64,000 nucleotides of DNA from Octopus vulgaris (GCA_951406725.2 OX597815.1:4588001-4652000), one strand, 5' to 3'. Positions 1-13,164 are shown, counted from the stretch's first letter. The notes: generated by a model from the letters alone, not told the origin. Numbers and translations are program-made.

Positions 1-1054
1 CATAGATTAGTGCTTGCATCCACTCGAGTGGATTCTTCAGATTCATCATCATATATATATATATATATATCATCAGCCCATATATATATATATACATACA
101 CACACACATATATATATATCATCATCATCATCATATATATATATATATATATATATATCATCGTTTAACATCCGCTTTTCATGCTAGCATGGGTCGGACG
201 ATTTTGACTGAAGGCTGGCGAGCCAGATGGTTGCACCAGGCTCCAATCTTGATCTGGCAGAGTTTCTACAGCTTGATGCCCTTCCTAACACCAACCACTT
301 CGAGAGTGTAGTGGCTGCTTTTTACGTGCCACCAGCACGATGTATATGTTTGTGTGTTTGTTTTGTCCCCGCAACATCGCTTGACAACCGATACTGGTGT
401 GTTTACATCCCTGTAACTTAGCGGTTTGGCAAAAGAGACCAATAGAATAAGTACTAAGCTTACAGAGAATAAGTCCTGAGGTTGATATGTTCGACTAAAG
501 GTAGTGCTCCAGCATGGCCACAGTAAAATGACTGAAACAAAAGAACAAAAGAACATCTATCTATGTGTATGTATAAACATGTGTGTGAGTGTATATATAT
601 ATATAAAAGAAGAGATAGTCAGAACATACCAACAGCTCAGTAGATTTCCTAACCCAACACACCGCCGACCCCATTATCTCCTTACCTCATCCACCCAACA
701 TTTCCAACCAGCAAAATATGAGTTGCCACTGTTTTATCTGTTATGTTTGTTTGCTTGCTTCATAGATTACTGAAAATGTCTGCTCTAGTCCATTCTAGTA
801 TCTCAGAAACCACTGATGCTCGGAAGTTCAATTTCTTTTCTCTTTTTTTTTTAAAAAAACATTGAATTACTAAGCAACATAAATATTAAAAATACATATT
901 AAAAAAATATAGTTTTTAAAACATTTTTAAAAATATTTCTAAAAAATATAAAAAATAGTTTTAAAAATTGTCTTTGTTTTTTTTTGGAAAATCTAATTTG
1001 TTTGTAGAATGTGTGGTTAAGAAGCTTGCTTCAAAGACGCCTGTTGTTATGTCC

Positions 1055-1096
<42 letters not shown>

Positions 1097-1136
1097 CATT
1101 ATTATTATTATCATTATTATTATCATTATTATTATT

Positions 1137-1202
<66 letters not shown>

Positions 1203-1574
1203 ATTATTATCATTATTATTATTGTTGTTGTTGTTGTTGTTGTTGTTATTATTATTATTATTTTTATTGTAATTTTGTATTTATATTCGTGTAACATCGT
1301 CTGTTTTTCCGTCCTTGTTTTCATATACATTCAATGCTTTTTTCCAAGGAATCTGATGCTCTTAACTTAGTTTTTCCTTGGGGGCTGGCCAGATTGGAGC
1401 AATCTCAAGATTAATCAGTCGAAATTGTGAGGATGATTCAGTTCTTGACTGAGGATAAAAGGCTTCGAATGACCCGTGCTTGTTTTTTTGTATCGTCTAT
1501 CTGGATGTTTTGTTGTCCCTTTTTGTATCACCTAGTCGTCCAGATGTTATGCATTCTTGTCCCATTTTGTATTT

Positions 1575-1611
<37 letters not shown>

Positions 1612-1737
1612 TTTGAGGGAATATTATTCCTAACTTACAGGGAAAAATTCAACTTAGAAATACTAAATCAAATTTCACAAAATGTAATGGTGTGATTTAA
1701 TTGTTCATTTTGAATTGATAAAAGGTGGGTTTTTCTA

Positions 1738-1797
<60 letters not shown>

Positions 1798-2601
1798 GTA
1801 TGTTGGTGTTAGGAAGGGCATCCAGCTGTAGAAACATCGCCAGATCAGACTGGGCCTGGTGCAGCCTTCTGGCTTCCCAGACCCCAGTTGAACCATCCAA
1901 CCCATGCTAGCATGGAAAGCGGATGTTAAACGAAGATGATGATGATATATATATATATATCTTAGCTGCTTTCTCGTATACAAGCAAAGCCATTTTGCTA
2001 GAAAGAATCACCGAAATGAGTCATTGTTGATGCAGTGTGAGGCCCTTGTATGACTCGTGAGCCTGGCCAAAGGTTTGCTCATTCTCTTGCATAAAGCACA
2101 GCTGTGTTGGCTGGCAGAAGGAACAGGTGCTGCAGTAGGCACTCTTTTGACATGCCTCTTCACTCCTCCAACTGAGAGGCACGCCTCTCCACAGGTAGCA
2201 CATGTTCTGTTGAGAACAGAAACTGTATCACAATTTACAAGGGATTGACTCCTGAGTCGTCTGATGGCTGACCAGGCCTGCACGACTCGTGTATTTCCTC
2301 CCGCAAATCACACACACACAAAAACCAACACTCCCGCATTTTCCACAGGTTCGTTCCTTCTAAACCTTCTCTTAATCTTCTCATGAAGATATATATACAG
2401 ATATGGATATAAAGATCTATCTATCTATCTATTTATATATACATACACACAAATATATATATATATTTGTATGTAAGTATGTATGCATGTATATATATAT
2501 ATATAGTTAATCCAAACAAGAAAACACAAGAAAAACACAACGCGAGGACGTGGAACAAATATAGTATTATTGGACACTCAGGAAAAAAGGAAAGACAGAG
2601 G

Positions 2602-2636
2602 GTTTAACGTTTCGAGCAGAGCTCTTCATCAGAAAC
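2602..2636 (-). ncRNA. Minimal type I hammerhead ribozyme motif
   Basis: GUUU-CUGAUGA-A-GAGC(UCU)GCUC-GAAA-CG-UU^AAAC, inside a ~210-bp element (2505-2713) flanked by (TA)n. Confidence 0.7.
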
Positions 2637-2709
2637 ATAGGAGAAGGAAAGATCCAGAGAAGGGAAGACAGAGGAAAAAAATCGCCAACGGTACACATGA
2701 GGTCACATT

Positions 2710-2753
<44 letters not shown>

Positions 2754-3129
2754 TCACCATCATCATCATCGTTGTTGTCATCATCAACACCATCATTTAA
2801 TGTCTGCTTTCCATGCTGGCATGGGTGATGTTCAGTTATAATAAAAGTAATTTTACATTAATCAGATTCTATAATTTGTAGAGTAAAAATTCATTATTCT
2901 TAAACAAGAATACTGTTGACAGTGACTTTGAAGTTTCAGCGTGCTAAGCCATGGCCAGATATATATCTTCATCATCATCATCATCATTATTTAATGTCCG
3001 TTTTCCATGCTGGCATCGGTTGAATAGTTTGACTGGAGCTGGTAGTGGTGGTTGTGGTGGTGGTGGTGGCAGTGGTGGTGATGGTGGCAGTGGTGGTGAT
3101 GGTGGCAGTGGTGGTGATGGCAATGATAA

Positions 3130-3490
3130 ATAAGGTTTGATTATATGCTTCAAAAAAACACACAAGAGTTGATGGAAAAACCTAGAACAAAGTTGAACCA
3201 AAGCAACAACAACAACCATAATTCCTATTTGAAACACATCAATAACAGAAATGTGCCACAATTAGCCAGATTCATCTGGCAATTAGAAGAAACTACTTCC
3301 AATTATAACATCAAAGGGAAGATTATTGACAGATCAAAGCAGCCTTAGAAGAATGGAAATAAAAGATGTGATCTTTGCATAACAGAAAAAAAAAACATTT
3401 GTATTTAAAGATTTACACAACTATGGTCTCTATTTGAACTCTTAAGTTTGAAATTTCTCAGAAGTATTTTAAGAAACAGCTTTTACATAA
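3130..3490 (+). mobile_element. Decayed Penelope-like GIY-YIG endonuclease fragment
   Basis: Translation ..NHNSY..QLARFIWQLEE..YNIKGKIIDRS..KNGNKRCDLCITEK matches the Cys-containing C-terminal endonuclease region of Penelope-like elements; contains stops and frameshifts. Confidence 0.7.
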
Positions 3491-3652
3491 ATGAACCATA
3501 ACACCTCTGTCTCATATATTATTTAACACTAGCTATCGCTGTGCCGTCAAAAATGACGGCAATTTGTAGTATTTTATATATATAAGGTACAAAACCAAGC
3601 TTTTAGATTAATAATTCTTTTATTACCAAATTTATAATATACCTTTCAACTG

Positions 3653-4093
3653 TCTGCTGTGCTTACCTTGGATCGTAGGGTGACCTGCTGTGCTTGAAGA
3701 GACCTATTGAGTCAAGTACATCAACATCAAAATAAATATCAAATGGAAATTGTAGTTAAGATACCTGTACCCGTGGCTCATAAGAAGCACCATCTGAATG
3801 TGGTTGATACCAGCGCTGCCTTGACAGGCTTCTGTGCCGGTGGCACATAAAAAGCACCAACTGAACGTGGCTGCTGCCAGCCTCTCCTGGCACCTGTGCC
3901 GGTGGCACATAAAAAGCACCCACTACACTCACGGAGTGGTTGGCATTAGGAAGGGCATCCAGCTGTAGAAACACTGTCAGATCAGACTGGAACCTGATGC
4001 AGCCTCCTGGCTTCCCAGATCCCGGTCGAACCGTCCAACCCATGCTAGCATGGAAACGGATGTTAAACGATGATGATGATGATGATGATGATG
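3653..4093 (+). mobile_element. RTE 3'-UTR/SINE family A copy with (GAT)n tail
   Basis: Ends aaccgtccaacccatgctagcatggaaa..gttaaacgatgatgat. Related copies lie at about 157-330(-), 1800-1945, 6050-6424, 9037-9381(-), 14258-14575, 17265-17555(-), 28140-28440(-), 30775-31131, 38075-38352, 41115-41380, 52245-52612(-) and 55470-55850(-). Confidence 0.8.
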
Positions 4094-4216
4094 ATAAGGT
4101 ACAAAACCCAGCTTTTAGATTAAAAATTCTTTTATTACCAAATTTATAATATACCTTTCAACTGCAGTCGTTTTATATCCTTGATACACTCAGACAATAA
4201 TTATTTTCTCTAATGT

Positions 4217-4888
4217 GTTGCCAGCGCCGCGCCGACTGGCCTCCATGCCGGTGGCACGTAAAAAGTACCACCTGACCGTGTCCGTTGCCAGCTCCACGCC
4301 GACTGGCCTCCATGCCGGTGGCACGTAAAAAGTACCACCCGACCGTGTCCGTTGCCAGCGCCGCGCCGACTGGCCTCCATGCCGGTGGCACGTAAAAAGT
4401 ATCACCCGACCGTGTCCGTTGCCAGCGCCGCGCCGACTGGCCTCCATGCCGGTGGCACATAAAAAGCACCATCCGATCGTGGCCGTTGCCAGCCTCGCCT
4501 GGTCCCCGTGCCAGTGGCACGTAAAAAGTACCACCCGACCGTGTCCGTTGCCAGCGCCGCGCCGACTGGCCTCCATGCCGGTGGCACGTAAAAAGCACCA
4601 TCCGATCGTGCCGTTGCCAGCCATGCCTGGCCCCCGTGCCAGTGGCACATAAAAAGCACCATCCGTCCGTAGCCGTTTGCCAGCCCCATCTGGCACCTAT
4701 GCGGGTGGCATGTAAAAAGCACCCACTACACTCATGGAGTGGTTGGCGTTAGGAAGGGCATCTGGCTGTAGAAACTCTGCCGGATCAGACTGGGCCTGGT
4801 GCAGCCTTCTGGCTTCCCAGACCCCAGTTGAACCTTCCAATCCATGCTAGCATGGAAAGCGGACGCTAAATGATGATGATGATGATGA
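4217..4888 (+). mobile_element. Family A copy with an expanded internal ~60-bp minisatellite (about 8 units)
   Basis: Unit gttgccagcgccgcgccgactggcctccatgccggtggcacgtaaaaagtaccacccgaccgtgtcc repeats over 4217-4720, then the standard tail. Confidence 0.85.
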
Positions 4889-5700
4889 TATGTTTGTGTA
4901 GGTGTGTGTGGGTGTAGCAATTATTTGTAAAACAACAGATAGAATATGGATGGTAAATCAAATTAATACACTTCTCAATGTTATCCAGTGGTTGTCTTTT
5001 TAGATGCGACATTGGCCATCGTTAATTACTGAAAGAATCGCCAGTTAGTTTATGTATAGTTACTGAAAGAACACTGGGTAAAAATTTCTTAAATTAAATC
5101 AATTAATGACATGTATTAACTATTAAATTAAGATGTGTATTTATAATAAACCTTTCAACTGCAGTCGTTTTATATTATTGATACACTCAGGCAATTATTA
5201 TTTTCTCTAATGAGTTTGTATATGTTTGTGTAGGTGTGTGTGATTATAATAATTATTTTTAACAAAACAGATAGAATATGGATGGTAAATCAAATTAATA
5301 CGCTTGTCAATGTTATCTAGTGGTTGTCTTTTGAGATGCGACATTGACCATCATTAATTACTGAAAGAATCGCCAGTTAGTTTATGTATAGTTACTGAAA
5401 GAACACTGGGTAAAAATTTCTTAAATTAAATCAATTAATGACATGTATTAACTATTAAATTAAGATGTGTATTTATAATAAACCTTTCAACTGCAGTCGT
5501 TTTATATTATTGATACACTCAGGCAATTATTATTTTCTCTAATGAGTTTGTTTATGTGTGTGTAAGTGTGTGTGATTATAATAATTATTTTAAACAAAAA
5601 GACAGAATATGGATGGTAAATCAAATTAATACGCTTGTCAATGTTATCTAATGGTTGTCTTTTGAGATGAGACATCCATCATTGCTTGTTACTGAAAGAA
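4889..5700. repeat. 332-bp AT-rich tandem repeat (~2.5 copies)
   Basis: Unit starts at 4889, 5221 and 5553. An earlier part of the same unit at about 4150-4216 is separated by the family A insertion. Confidence 0.85.
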
Positions 5701-6594
5701 TGCTGGTCCACACAGACAAACATTCACATACTTCTCTTGTACATGCACACACATACACACATACATTCACACAGAGTTGAAACGCCATTTGATTTTTCTT
5801 TTCAGCATTGAATGTTCACCATCCCACTTCCATTGCACACAAACACACACACACAAACATTCACTTACCTCTCTTTTACCTATACGCATATATACTCCTG
5901 AGAATTGAAATGCTGTTTGATTTATTTTTCATTGTCATCCCACTACCAGGTTTGCCATCACCCCTTCCTTCCTTCCTTATTCATCTATCACCCCTTCCTT
6001 TCTCTTTCATATGTTGTGACAGAGAAAACCACAATAGTAGTTCTGTGCTAGTGGGCACGTAAAAAGCACCATCTGAGCGTAATCGTTACCAACGTCGCCT
6101 TACTGGCATGTGAACAAAACATTTGAGCGAGGTCGTTGCCAGTGATGCTGGACTGACTCCTGTGCAGGTGGTGGCGCATAAAAAACACCATTTCGAGCTT
6201 GGCCGTTGCCAGTACTGCCAAACTGGCCCTCGTGCAGGTAGCACGAAAAAGCACCCACTACACTCTCGGAGTGGTTGGAGTTAGGAAGGGCATCCAGCCA
6301 TAGAAACATTGTCAGATCAAATTGGAGCTTGGTGCAGCCATCTGGTTTGCCAGTCCTCAGTCAAATCGTCCAACTCATGCCAGCATCGAAAACGGACGTT
6401 AAATGATGATGATGATGATGATGATACATACCTTTACCCACAAATGTCTGTGTGTGTGTGTGTGTGTATGCATGCATGCATGTATGTATTTACACATATG
6501 TACACGCAGGTGTAGGCACTCACTCCAAGAATGTAGTGGGTGCTTTTTACGTGCCACTGATACAGGAGCCAGTCAGGCAGTACTGGCAACAGCC

Positions 6595-6625
<31 letters not shown>

Positions 6626-6675
6626 CGTCCTCGCGTTGTTGTGTTTTTTTTTTTGTGCTTTCTTGTTTGGATTAA

Positions 6676-6714
<39 letters not shown>

Positions 6715-7322
6715 TCTATATGAAGTTCTATGAATGGAAACTGAAAAAGTAAAAAGCATCACTTTTGCTTTTCCCTGAATCTAATTATATCATCATCATC
6801 ATCATTGGCATCAGCATCATTATCATCGCCATCCTACTCTTTCTTATTGTCATAATTTAACATCCATCTCCACTCTACTGAGTGGTTGGTGTAAAAACCT
6901 CACCAAAACTGACCACACCTGTGCTTGTGCCACAAGTCCACTCTGCTGAGTGGTTGGTGTTAGGAAGGGCATCCAGCTGTAAAAATCCTGCCGAAACAGT
7001 CACAGAAGTCTGGTGCAGGCTTCTGCCTGGTCAGCTCCTTGCAAACCTTCCCACTCATGCTAGCAAGGAAGGCAGACGTTAAACGATGGTGATGAAGTTT
7101 CATGTTGGCATGGGTTGGATGGTTTGACAGGACCCACCAAGCCAGAGGAGTACAAGTTCCCAATGCCTGCTTTGATGTAGATTTTACAAAAGGATGCCAT
7201 TCCAAATGCTAACCACTTAGTAACAGTGCAGAATGCCCTTTTCACGTCACAAGTGCTAGAAAGGTTTCTATGCAGCTTGAAAAATCTACAAGCTTCAAGG
7301 GTGGTCAGTGGTGGATTGACCA

Positions 7323-7803
7323 TTAACCCTTTTGTTATCAACCCAGCTGAAACCTGTTCTGGCTCTGAGTACAAATGTCTTGTTTTCATAAGTTTTGAAT
7401 TAAAATCGTCCACCAAACCTTAGTCACAATTTATGTTCCTAACACTAGCTGAATGATAACGAAGTTAATTTACTAAATTCTTTGTTATATTTAAAGTAAT
7501 TGAAAGAAACACAGAGCAACTCAACAGAAATATGGTAACAAAAGGGTTAGAATATATAACAGAGAAACAATTCTTAACCCTTTTGATACCAACCTGGCTG
7601 AAACCAGCTCTGGCTCTGTAATACAAATGTCTGGTTTTCATAAGTTCTGAATTAAAATCTTCTACCAAACCTTAGTCACAGTTTATGTTCCTGACACGAG
7701 CTTAATGATAACGAAGTTATTTTGCTAAATTCTTAGTTATATTTAAAATTAATTGAAAGAAACACAAAGCATCTCAAAATAAATACAGTAACAAAAGGGT
7801 TAA
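7323..7803. mobile_element. Two adjacent piggyBac-type MITEs (~230 bp each)
   Basis: TTAA-CCCTTTTG...CAAAAGGG-TTA(G/A) termini at 7323-7550 and 7574-7803. Remnants of the family occur near 11930-12035 and around 60800-60880/61800-61817. Confidence 0.75.
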
Positions 7804-7884
7804 GCAAAATAATCACATGCTTAGAGTACCAAGAGAAGAGGGACACTCCAGAAATGGTAAATGGTTTATGGCACAAAAGGAATC

Positions 7885-8288
7885 AATTTAAACTTGCTAC
7901 TAATTATAGAAGCAGATGTGTTTTGTAAGATTAATTTCGAGGATGTGATCAAAGACTTTGCAATTAAAAAAATTAGGAAAAACTTTTCCAAATATAAATA
8001 GAATGGATGTATTCCAAAATAAACATTATTTTCCATTTTTCTGTTAGATTTGTTTCATTTTGGAAAATAAAGATTTATTTCGTGATTTATTGTTGTTTAT
8101 ATTTTGAATTACATAGGCGCAGGAGTGGCTGTGTGGTAAGTAGCTTGTTTACCAACCACATGGTTCCGGGTTCAGTCCCACTGCGTGGCATCTTGGGCAA
8201 GTGTCTCCTACTATGGCCTCGGGCCAACCAAAGCCTTATGAGTGGATTTGGTTGACGGAAGGTGAAAGAGGCCTGTCATATATATGTG

Positions 8289-8338
<50 letters not shown>

Positions 8339-8593
8339 TGTGTCTGTGTTTGTCCCCCCAACATCGCTTGACAACCGATGCTGGTATGTTTACATCCCCG
8401 TAACTTAGCGGTTTGGCAAAAGAGACCGATAGAATAAATACTAGGCTTACAAAGAATAAGTCCTGGGGTTGATTTGCGCTCCAGCATGGCCACAGTCAAA
8501 TGACATGAAACAAGTAAATGAATAAATGAGTCTTTTATGGGGGCACCAAAATCTTTAAGTGCTTAGGGTCTCTATGGGTCTTAATCTAGCTCT
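7885..8593 (+). mobile_element. hAT transposon 3' remnant interrupted by a SINE
   Basis: LNLLLIIEADVFCKINFEDVIKDFAIKKIRK resembles the end of the hAT dimerisation domain; a degenerate hAT-like terminus cttaatctagctct lies near 8580-8593. Confidence 0.55.
8113..8530 (+). mobile_element. tRNA-derived SINE family B (internal TA/TG microsatellite)
   Basis: Head ggcgcaggagtggctgtgtggtaag..gggttcagtccc (A/B boxes), tail gactgaaacaagtaaa. Other copies: 18819-19225(+), 43185-43590(+), 62549-63085(+), 13215-13684(-), 23470-23968(-), 31710-32100(-), 38655-39034(-), 41450-41852(-), 50383-50786(-), 57222-57592(-). Confidence 0.85.
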
Positions 8594-9446
8594 AGAGGTG
8601 GTAGTGGTGGTAGGGGATTATGAGAAGAGATGAGGGGTTAAATTGAGAGAGAATGGGCCAGAGCAGAACAGGTCTTTGCTGTAGAGGGGCTGCAGGGCTT
8701 CTGATATTTTTCAAGAGAGGTGTGGGTAAATAGAGCAGGCCAAGGTAGGGACAAAAATGATTGGGAAAAGGAGTCTGAGTGGATGAAGGGAGTAGGAGTG
8801 AATGAGGGTGGGTAGGGGTTGCATGAGTGTGAGGGAGGTGTGTGTGGGAATATAAAGAATGGGGGACAGGTTTTGAGTGCATGATAAATCAGGAGACAGG
8901 TAAGAGTAGGTGACAACTGCAGAGATTGGATAATGTTGAGGGGTGGATATAGCGAATAGTGGATGGGGGCACACACACACACACACACACACACGCACGC
9001 ACACACATACACATATACATAAATACTCATATACACATCATCATCATCATCATCATCGTTTAACGTCCGCTTTCCATGCTAGCATGGGTTGGACGGTTCA
9101 ACTGGGGTCTGTGAAGCCAGAAGGCTGCATCAGGCCCAGTCTGATCTGGCAGTGTTTCTACGGCTGGATGCCTTTCCTAATGCCAACCATTCCATGAGTG
9201 TAGCGGGTGCTTTTTACGTGCCACCTGCACAGGAGCCAGACGGAGCTGGCAAATGGCCACGGACGGATGGTGCTTTTTACGTGCCACCGGCACGGGGGCC
9301 AGGCGAGGCTGGCAACGGCCACGAACGGATGGTGCTACGTGCCACCGGCACGGAGGCCAGTCGGGCGGCGCTGGCAACGACCTAAATATATATCCATATA
9401 GATACACATATATATATATCTATATATATCCATATATATACACACA

Positions 9447-9482
<36 letters not shown>

Positions 9483-10952
9483 CGCACGTGTGTGTGTGTG
9501 TGTGTGCATGCGCACGTGTGTGTGTGTGTACGTATGTATATGATCACAATTTCTCAATTTCTTTTTCCCCAGAGATATTGTTCTGTTGTTTTTAGTGAAA
9601 AAGGGGAAACAGTATTTCAAAATCATTTTGTAATTTCTGAATAAAACATGATTTATTGTTGCAGTTTGTGTCCGTGTGGTAATTGTTTCTCTCTCTCTCT
9701 CCATCCTCCCCCTCTGTCACTCTCCTTCTGTCTTTCTGTCTTTCTTTCTTTCTCATCACTTCAACTGATATAGAACAAAGATGATCATATGAACTTCGAA
9801 TTTTACTCATAGCAGTATGAAAGATGGATGTTAAAAAGGTGATGATGATGATGGTAATGATGATGATGATGATGATGATGGTATGATGATGATGATGATG
9901 AGAAGAAGGAGGAGGAGGAGGATGGGGTAGTGATGATAATGATGATGAGGAGGAGGAGGTGATGTGATGAAGATTATGATGATGGTGGTGGTGGTGGTGG
10001 TGAGGTGATGATGGTGATGTTGATGATGACAATGCTGGTAGTGATGATGATGATGATGATGACGATGGTTGTGGTGGTGGTGGTGGTGGTGGTGGTGATG
10101 GTGATGATGATGATGCTGATGATGATGAGGAGGAGGAGGAGGAGGAAGAGGAGGGGGTAGTGATGATGATGATGATGATGATGATGATAAACCTAATTCT
10201 CTCAAATTGAGTGAATTTATTATTGTTTGGATAATTAATTCGTTCAGAAAAACTGTATTAATTATATTCTAATTATATTCAAGATAATAATTGCTAATAA
10301 TAATTATTAGGATATTCTTGCATTGGTTGATTTTTTTTCTGTTAATCCTGTAAAAAACTCCTTGATTTGTTATGCTTTTTTTTTTTATTTATTTAAAAAT
10401 TTTTTTATCTAGTTTCAGCTCACGAGCTGTGGCCATGCTGGGGCACCACCATTCTATATGAGACCCTTTTCAAAAGCTACAGGCTAGGGGACATCATTAG
10501 AGCCCTGGACAAAATGCTTTCTAGCATTTATTCTGGTCCTTTGCATTCTGAGTTCAAATTTCGCCAAAGTTGACATTGCATTTCATCCTTGTGGGGTTAA
10601 TAAAATAAGTACCAGTTGAACGCTGGGGTCCATGTAATTAACTAGTCCTCTCCTCTCCAAATTTCAGGCCTTGTACCATAGTAGAAAGTTAAAAGTACCC
10701 AGTCTATACTGTAAAATGGTTGGTGTTAGAAAGGGCATCCAGCTGTAAAAACCTTGCCAAAACTGACCTCACCTGTGCTTGTGCCACCTAAAAAGCACTA
10801 AGTCCACTCGGCTGAGTGGTTGGTGTTGGGAAGGGCATCCAGCTGTAAAACTCATACCAAAACTGTCACAGAAGTCTGGTGCAGGCTTCTGCCTGGCTGG
10901 TTCTGGTCAAGCCATCCCAGCCATGTTAGCATGGAAAGCAGACATCAAACAA

Positions 10953-10998
<46 letters not shown>

Positions 10999-11000
<2 letters not shown>

Positions 11001-11548
11001 GCCCTGATGCAGTACCAGGCTCTCATGGCTTCTGATCTTAACTGATTGGAAGTGTTATCATGTACATTGTTTTGTCTTGGTATAAAAGATGGGCTACAGC
11101 AAATATTCTGCTCAATACCACAGATTTGCTTGTCAGTTGTTTGACCTTAACCAGTTGAGCGTGTCCCTTGGTGGCTGACGATATGTGCATCTCTGATCAC
11201 GAGCAGAAGTAGTGGGGGAGCATCATAGCCATGTGTTGAGAGGGATTCTTTGGGGTTTGAATAATTCACCTCTGGAAACATGGGTGGTTCTTTCAACATC
11301 CTTACACAACCCTTATTCAGGGACCTTTTGAGCAGGATGGGCTACTCAACCTGAAGAAAATTCTAACTGGGCCCCACCTGCAAGGTCATGTGCTGTTTAT
11401 CTTGATATGAGATCACCATGTCTCGCACATATGGTTGTGATGCATGTGCCTGGTGTACCCTTATCAGACGGGTAGTCATGATGGGTATACTGGGCTTCGT
11501 ATATTTTAGCTCAGTGTCACTTTGATGGCATTCACTGCTCTCTCACTC

Positions 11549-11550
<2 letters not shown>
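10999..11550. mobile_element. ~550-bp non-coding interspersed repeat embedded in (TAA)n
   Basis: (TAA)n on both sides; a near-identical inverted copy lies at 12473-12997. Confidence 0.75.
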
Positions 11551-11583
<33 letters not shown>

Positions 11584-11835
11584 TAATAATAATAATAATA
11601 ATCTTTCCTTAACTTTATTACCAATACAAAATGCTGTTACCAATTAGGTGGTATCATAATATATCATGTGAATATGTTTCTTCACTGATTAGACTTTGTT
11701 TGAACAATAAAGCTTGTCTGTTTTTTTTTCATTTGATAAACCAGCATTTTATTAATTTCTCTCTCAATATCAGTCGTATGTAACATTGATTCTTTATACA
11801 AGTCACTTTTCCAAATTCATTTTTCGGTTTGTCAG

Positions 11836-11877
11836 CCATGCTTATCACGTAAAGTAAAAGACCGAAACCAATGCCGG
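11836..11877 (+). CDS. Weak candidate 42-nt exon
   Basis: ttttcggtttgtcag|CCA...CGG|gtgtgt encodes PCLSRKVKDRNQCR; phase 0-0; lies in a unique-sequence island. Confidence 0.15.
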
Positions 11878-12036
11878 GTGTGTCTGCTTCTCTCTATCAC
11901 AGACTCTTATTATTTACAATGTTTATTTTAACCCCTTTCATATCATCTCACCGAAGACCACCCTTGCTTCGGTGAAAAATAAACTTAATGTTTTAAAATG
12001 ATTTAAATCAAATCGTTCCATCAGGATCTCATATTA

Positions 12037-12096
<60 letters not shown>

Positions 12097-12139
12097 CATT
12101 ATTATTATCATAATCCTCATCATCATCATCATTATCATA

Positions 12140-12183
<44 letters not shown>

Positions 12184-12423
12184 CATCATTATCATTATTA
12201 TTATTATTTAAGGCAGTGAGCTGTCAGAAACATTAGCATGCTGGGCAAAATGCTTTGCAGTATTTCTTCTGCCACAACGTTCTGAGTTCAAATTCCACTG
12301 AGGTCGACTTTGCTTTCATCCTTTCAAGGTCAATAAATTAAGTATCAGCTGCCTAATGTGGTTGATCTTATAGACTGGCCCCCGCCCCCAAATTTTCAGG
12401 CTTTGTGCCTACAGATTTTTCCT

Positions 12424-12454
<31 letters not shown>

Positions 12455-12472
12455 TTATTATTATTATTATTA

Positions 12473-12997
12473 TTGAGTGAGAGAGCAGTTCATGCCATCA
12501 AAGTGACACTGGGGTAAAATATATGAAGCCCAGTATACCCATCATGACTACCCGTCTGATAAAGGTACACCAGGCACATGCATCACAACCATATGTGCAC
12601 GACATGGTGATCTCATATTAAGATAAACAGCACATGACCTTGCAGGGTGGGGCCCAGTTAGAATTTTCTTCAGGTTGAGTAGCCCATCCCGCTCAAAAGG
12701 TCCCTGAATAAGTATTGTTTAAGGATGTTGAAAGAACCACCCATGTTTCCAGAGGTGAATTATTCAAACCCCAAAGAATCCCTCTCAACACATGGCTATG
12801 ATGCTCCCCCACTACTTCTGCTCGTGATCAGAGATGCACATATCGTCAGCCACTAAGGGAAATGCTCAACTGGTTAAGGTCAAACGACTGACAAGCAAAT
12901 CTGTGGTATTGAGCAGAATATTTGCTGTAGCCCATCTTTTATACCAAGACAAAACAATGTACATGATAACACTTCCAATCAGTTAAGATCAGAAGCC
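12473..12997. mobile_element. Inverted copy of the 10999-11550 repeat embedded in (TTA)n
   Basis: Reverse complement of about 11027-11550 with few substitutions. Confidence 0.75.
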
Positions 12998-13008
12998 TAT
13001 TATTATTA

Positions 13009-13164
<156 letters not shown>

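Noticed and set aside
968-1370. Poly-Y/C/I/V ORFs (also poly-H/S/L ORFs at 9.6-10.2, 29.8-30.2, 32.1-32.6 and 59.6-60.1 kb)
   Set aside because: They are trinucleotide microsatellites.
1290-1580. Possible hammerhead (CUGAGGA...CGAA near 1449-1469) in a microsatellite-flanked segment
   Set aside because: There is no convincing stem II or stem I pairing.
11170-11235. CUGACGA...GAA as a hammerhead in the (TAA)n-embedded repeat
   Set aside because: Stems II and III and the NUH site do not assemble with canonical spacing.
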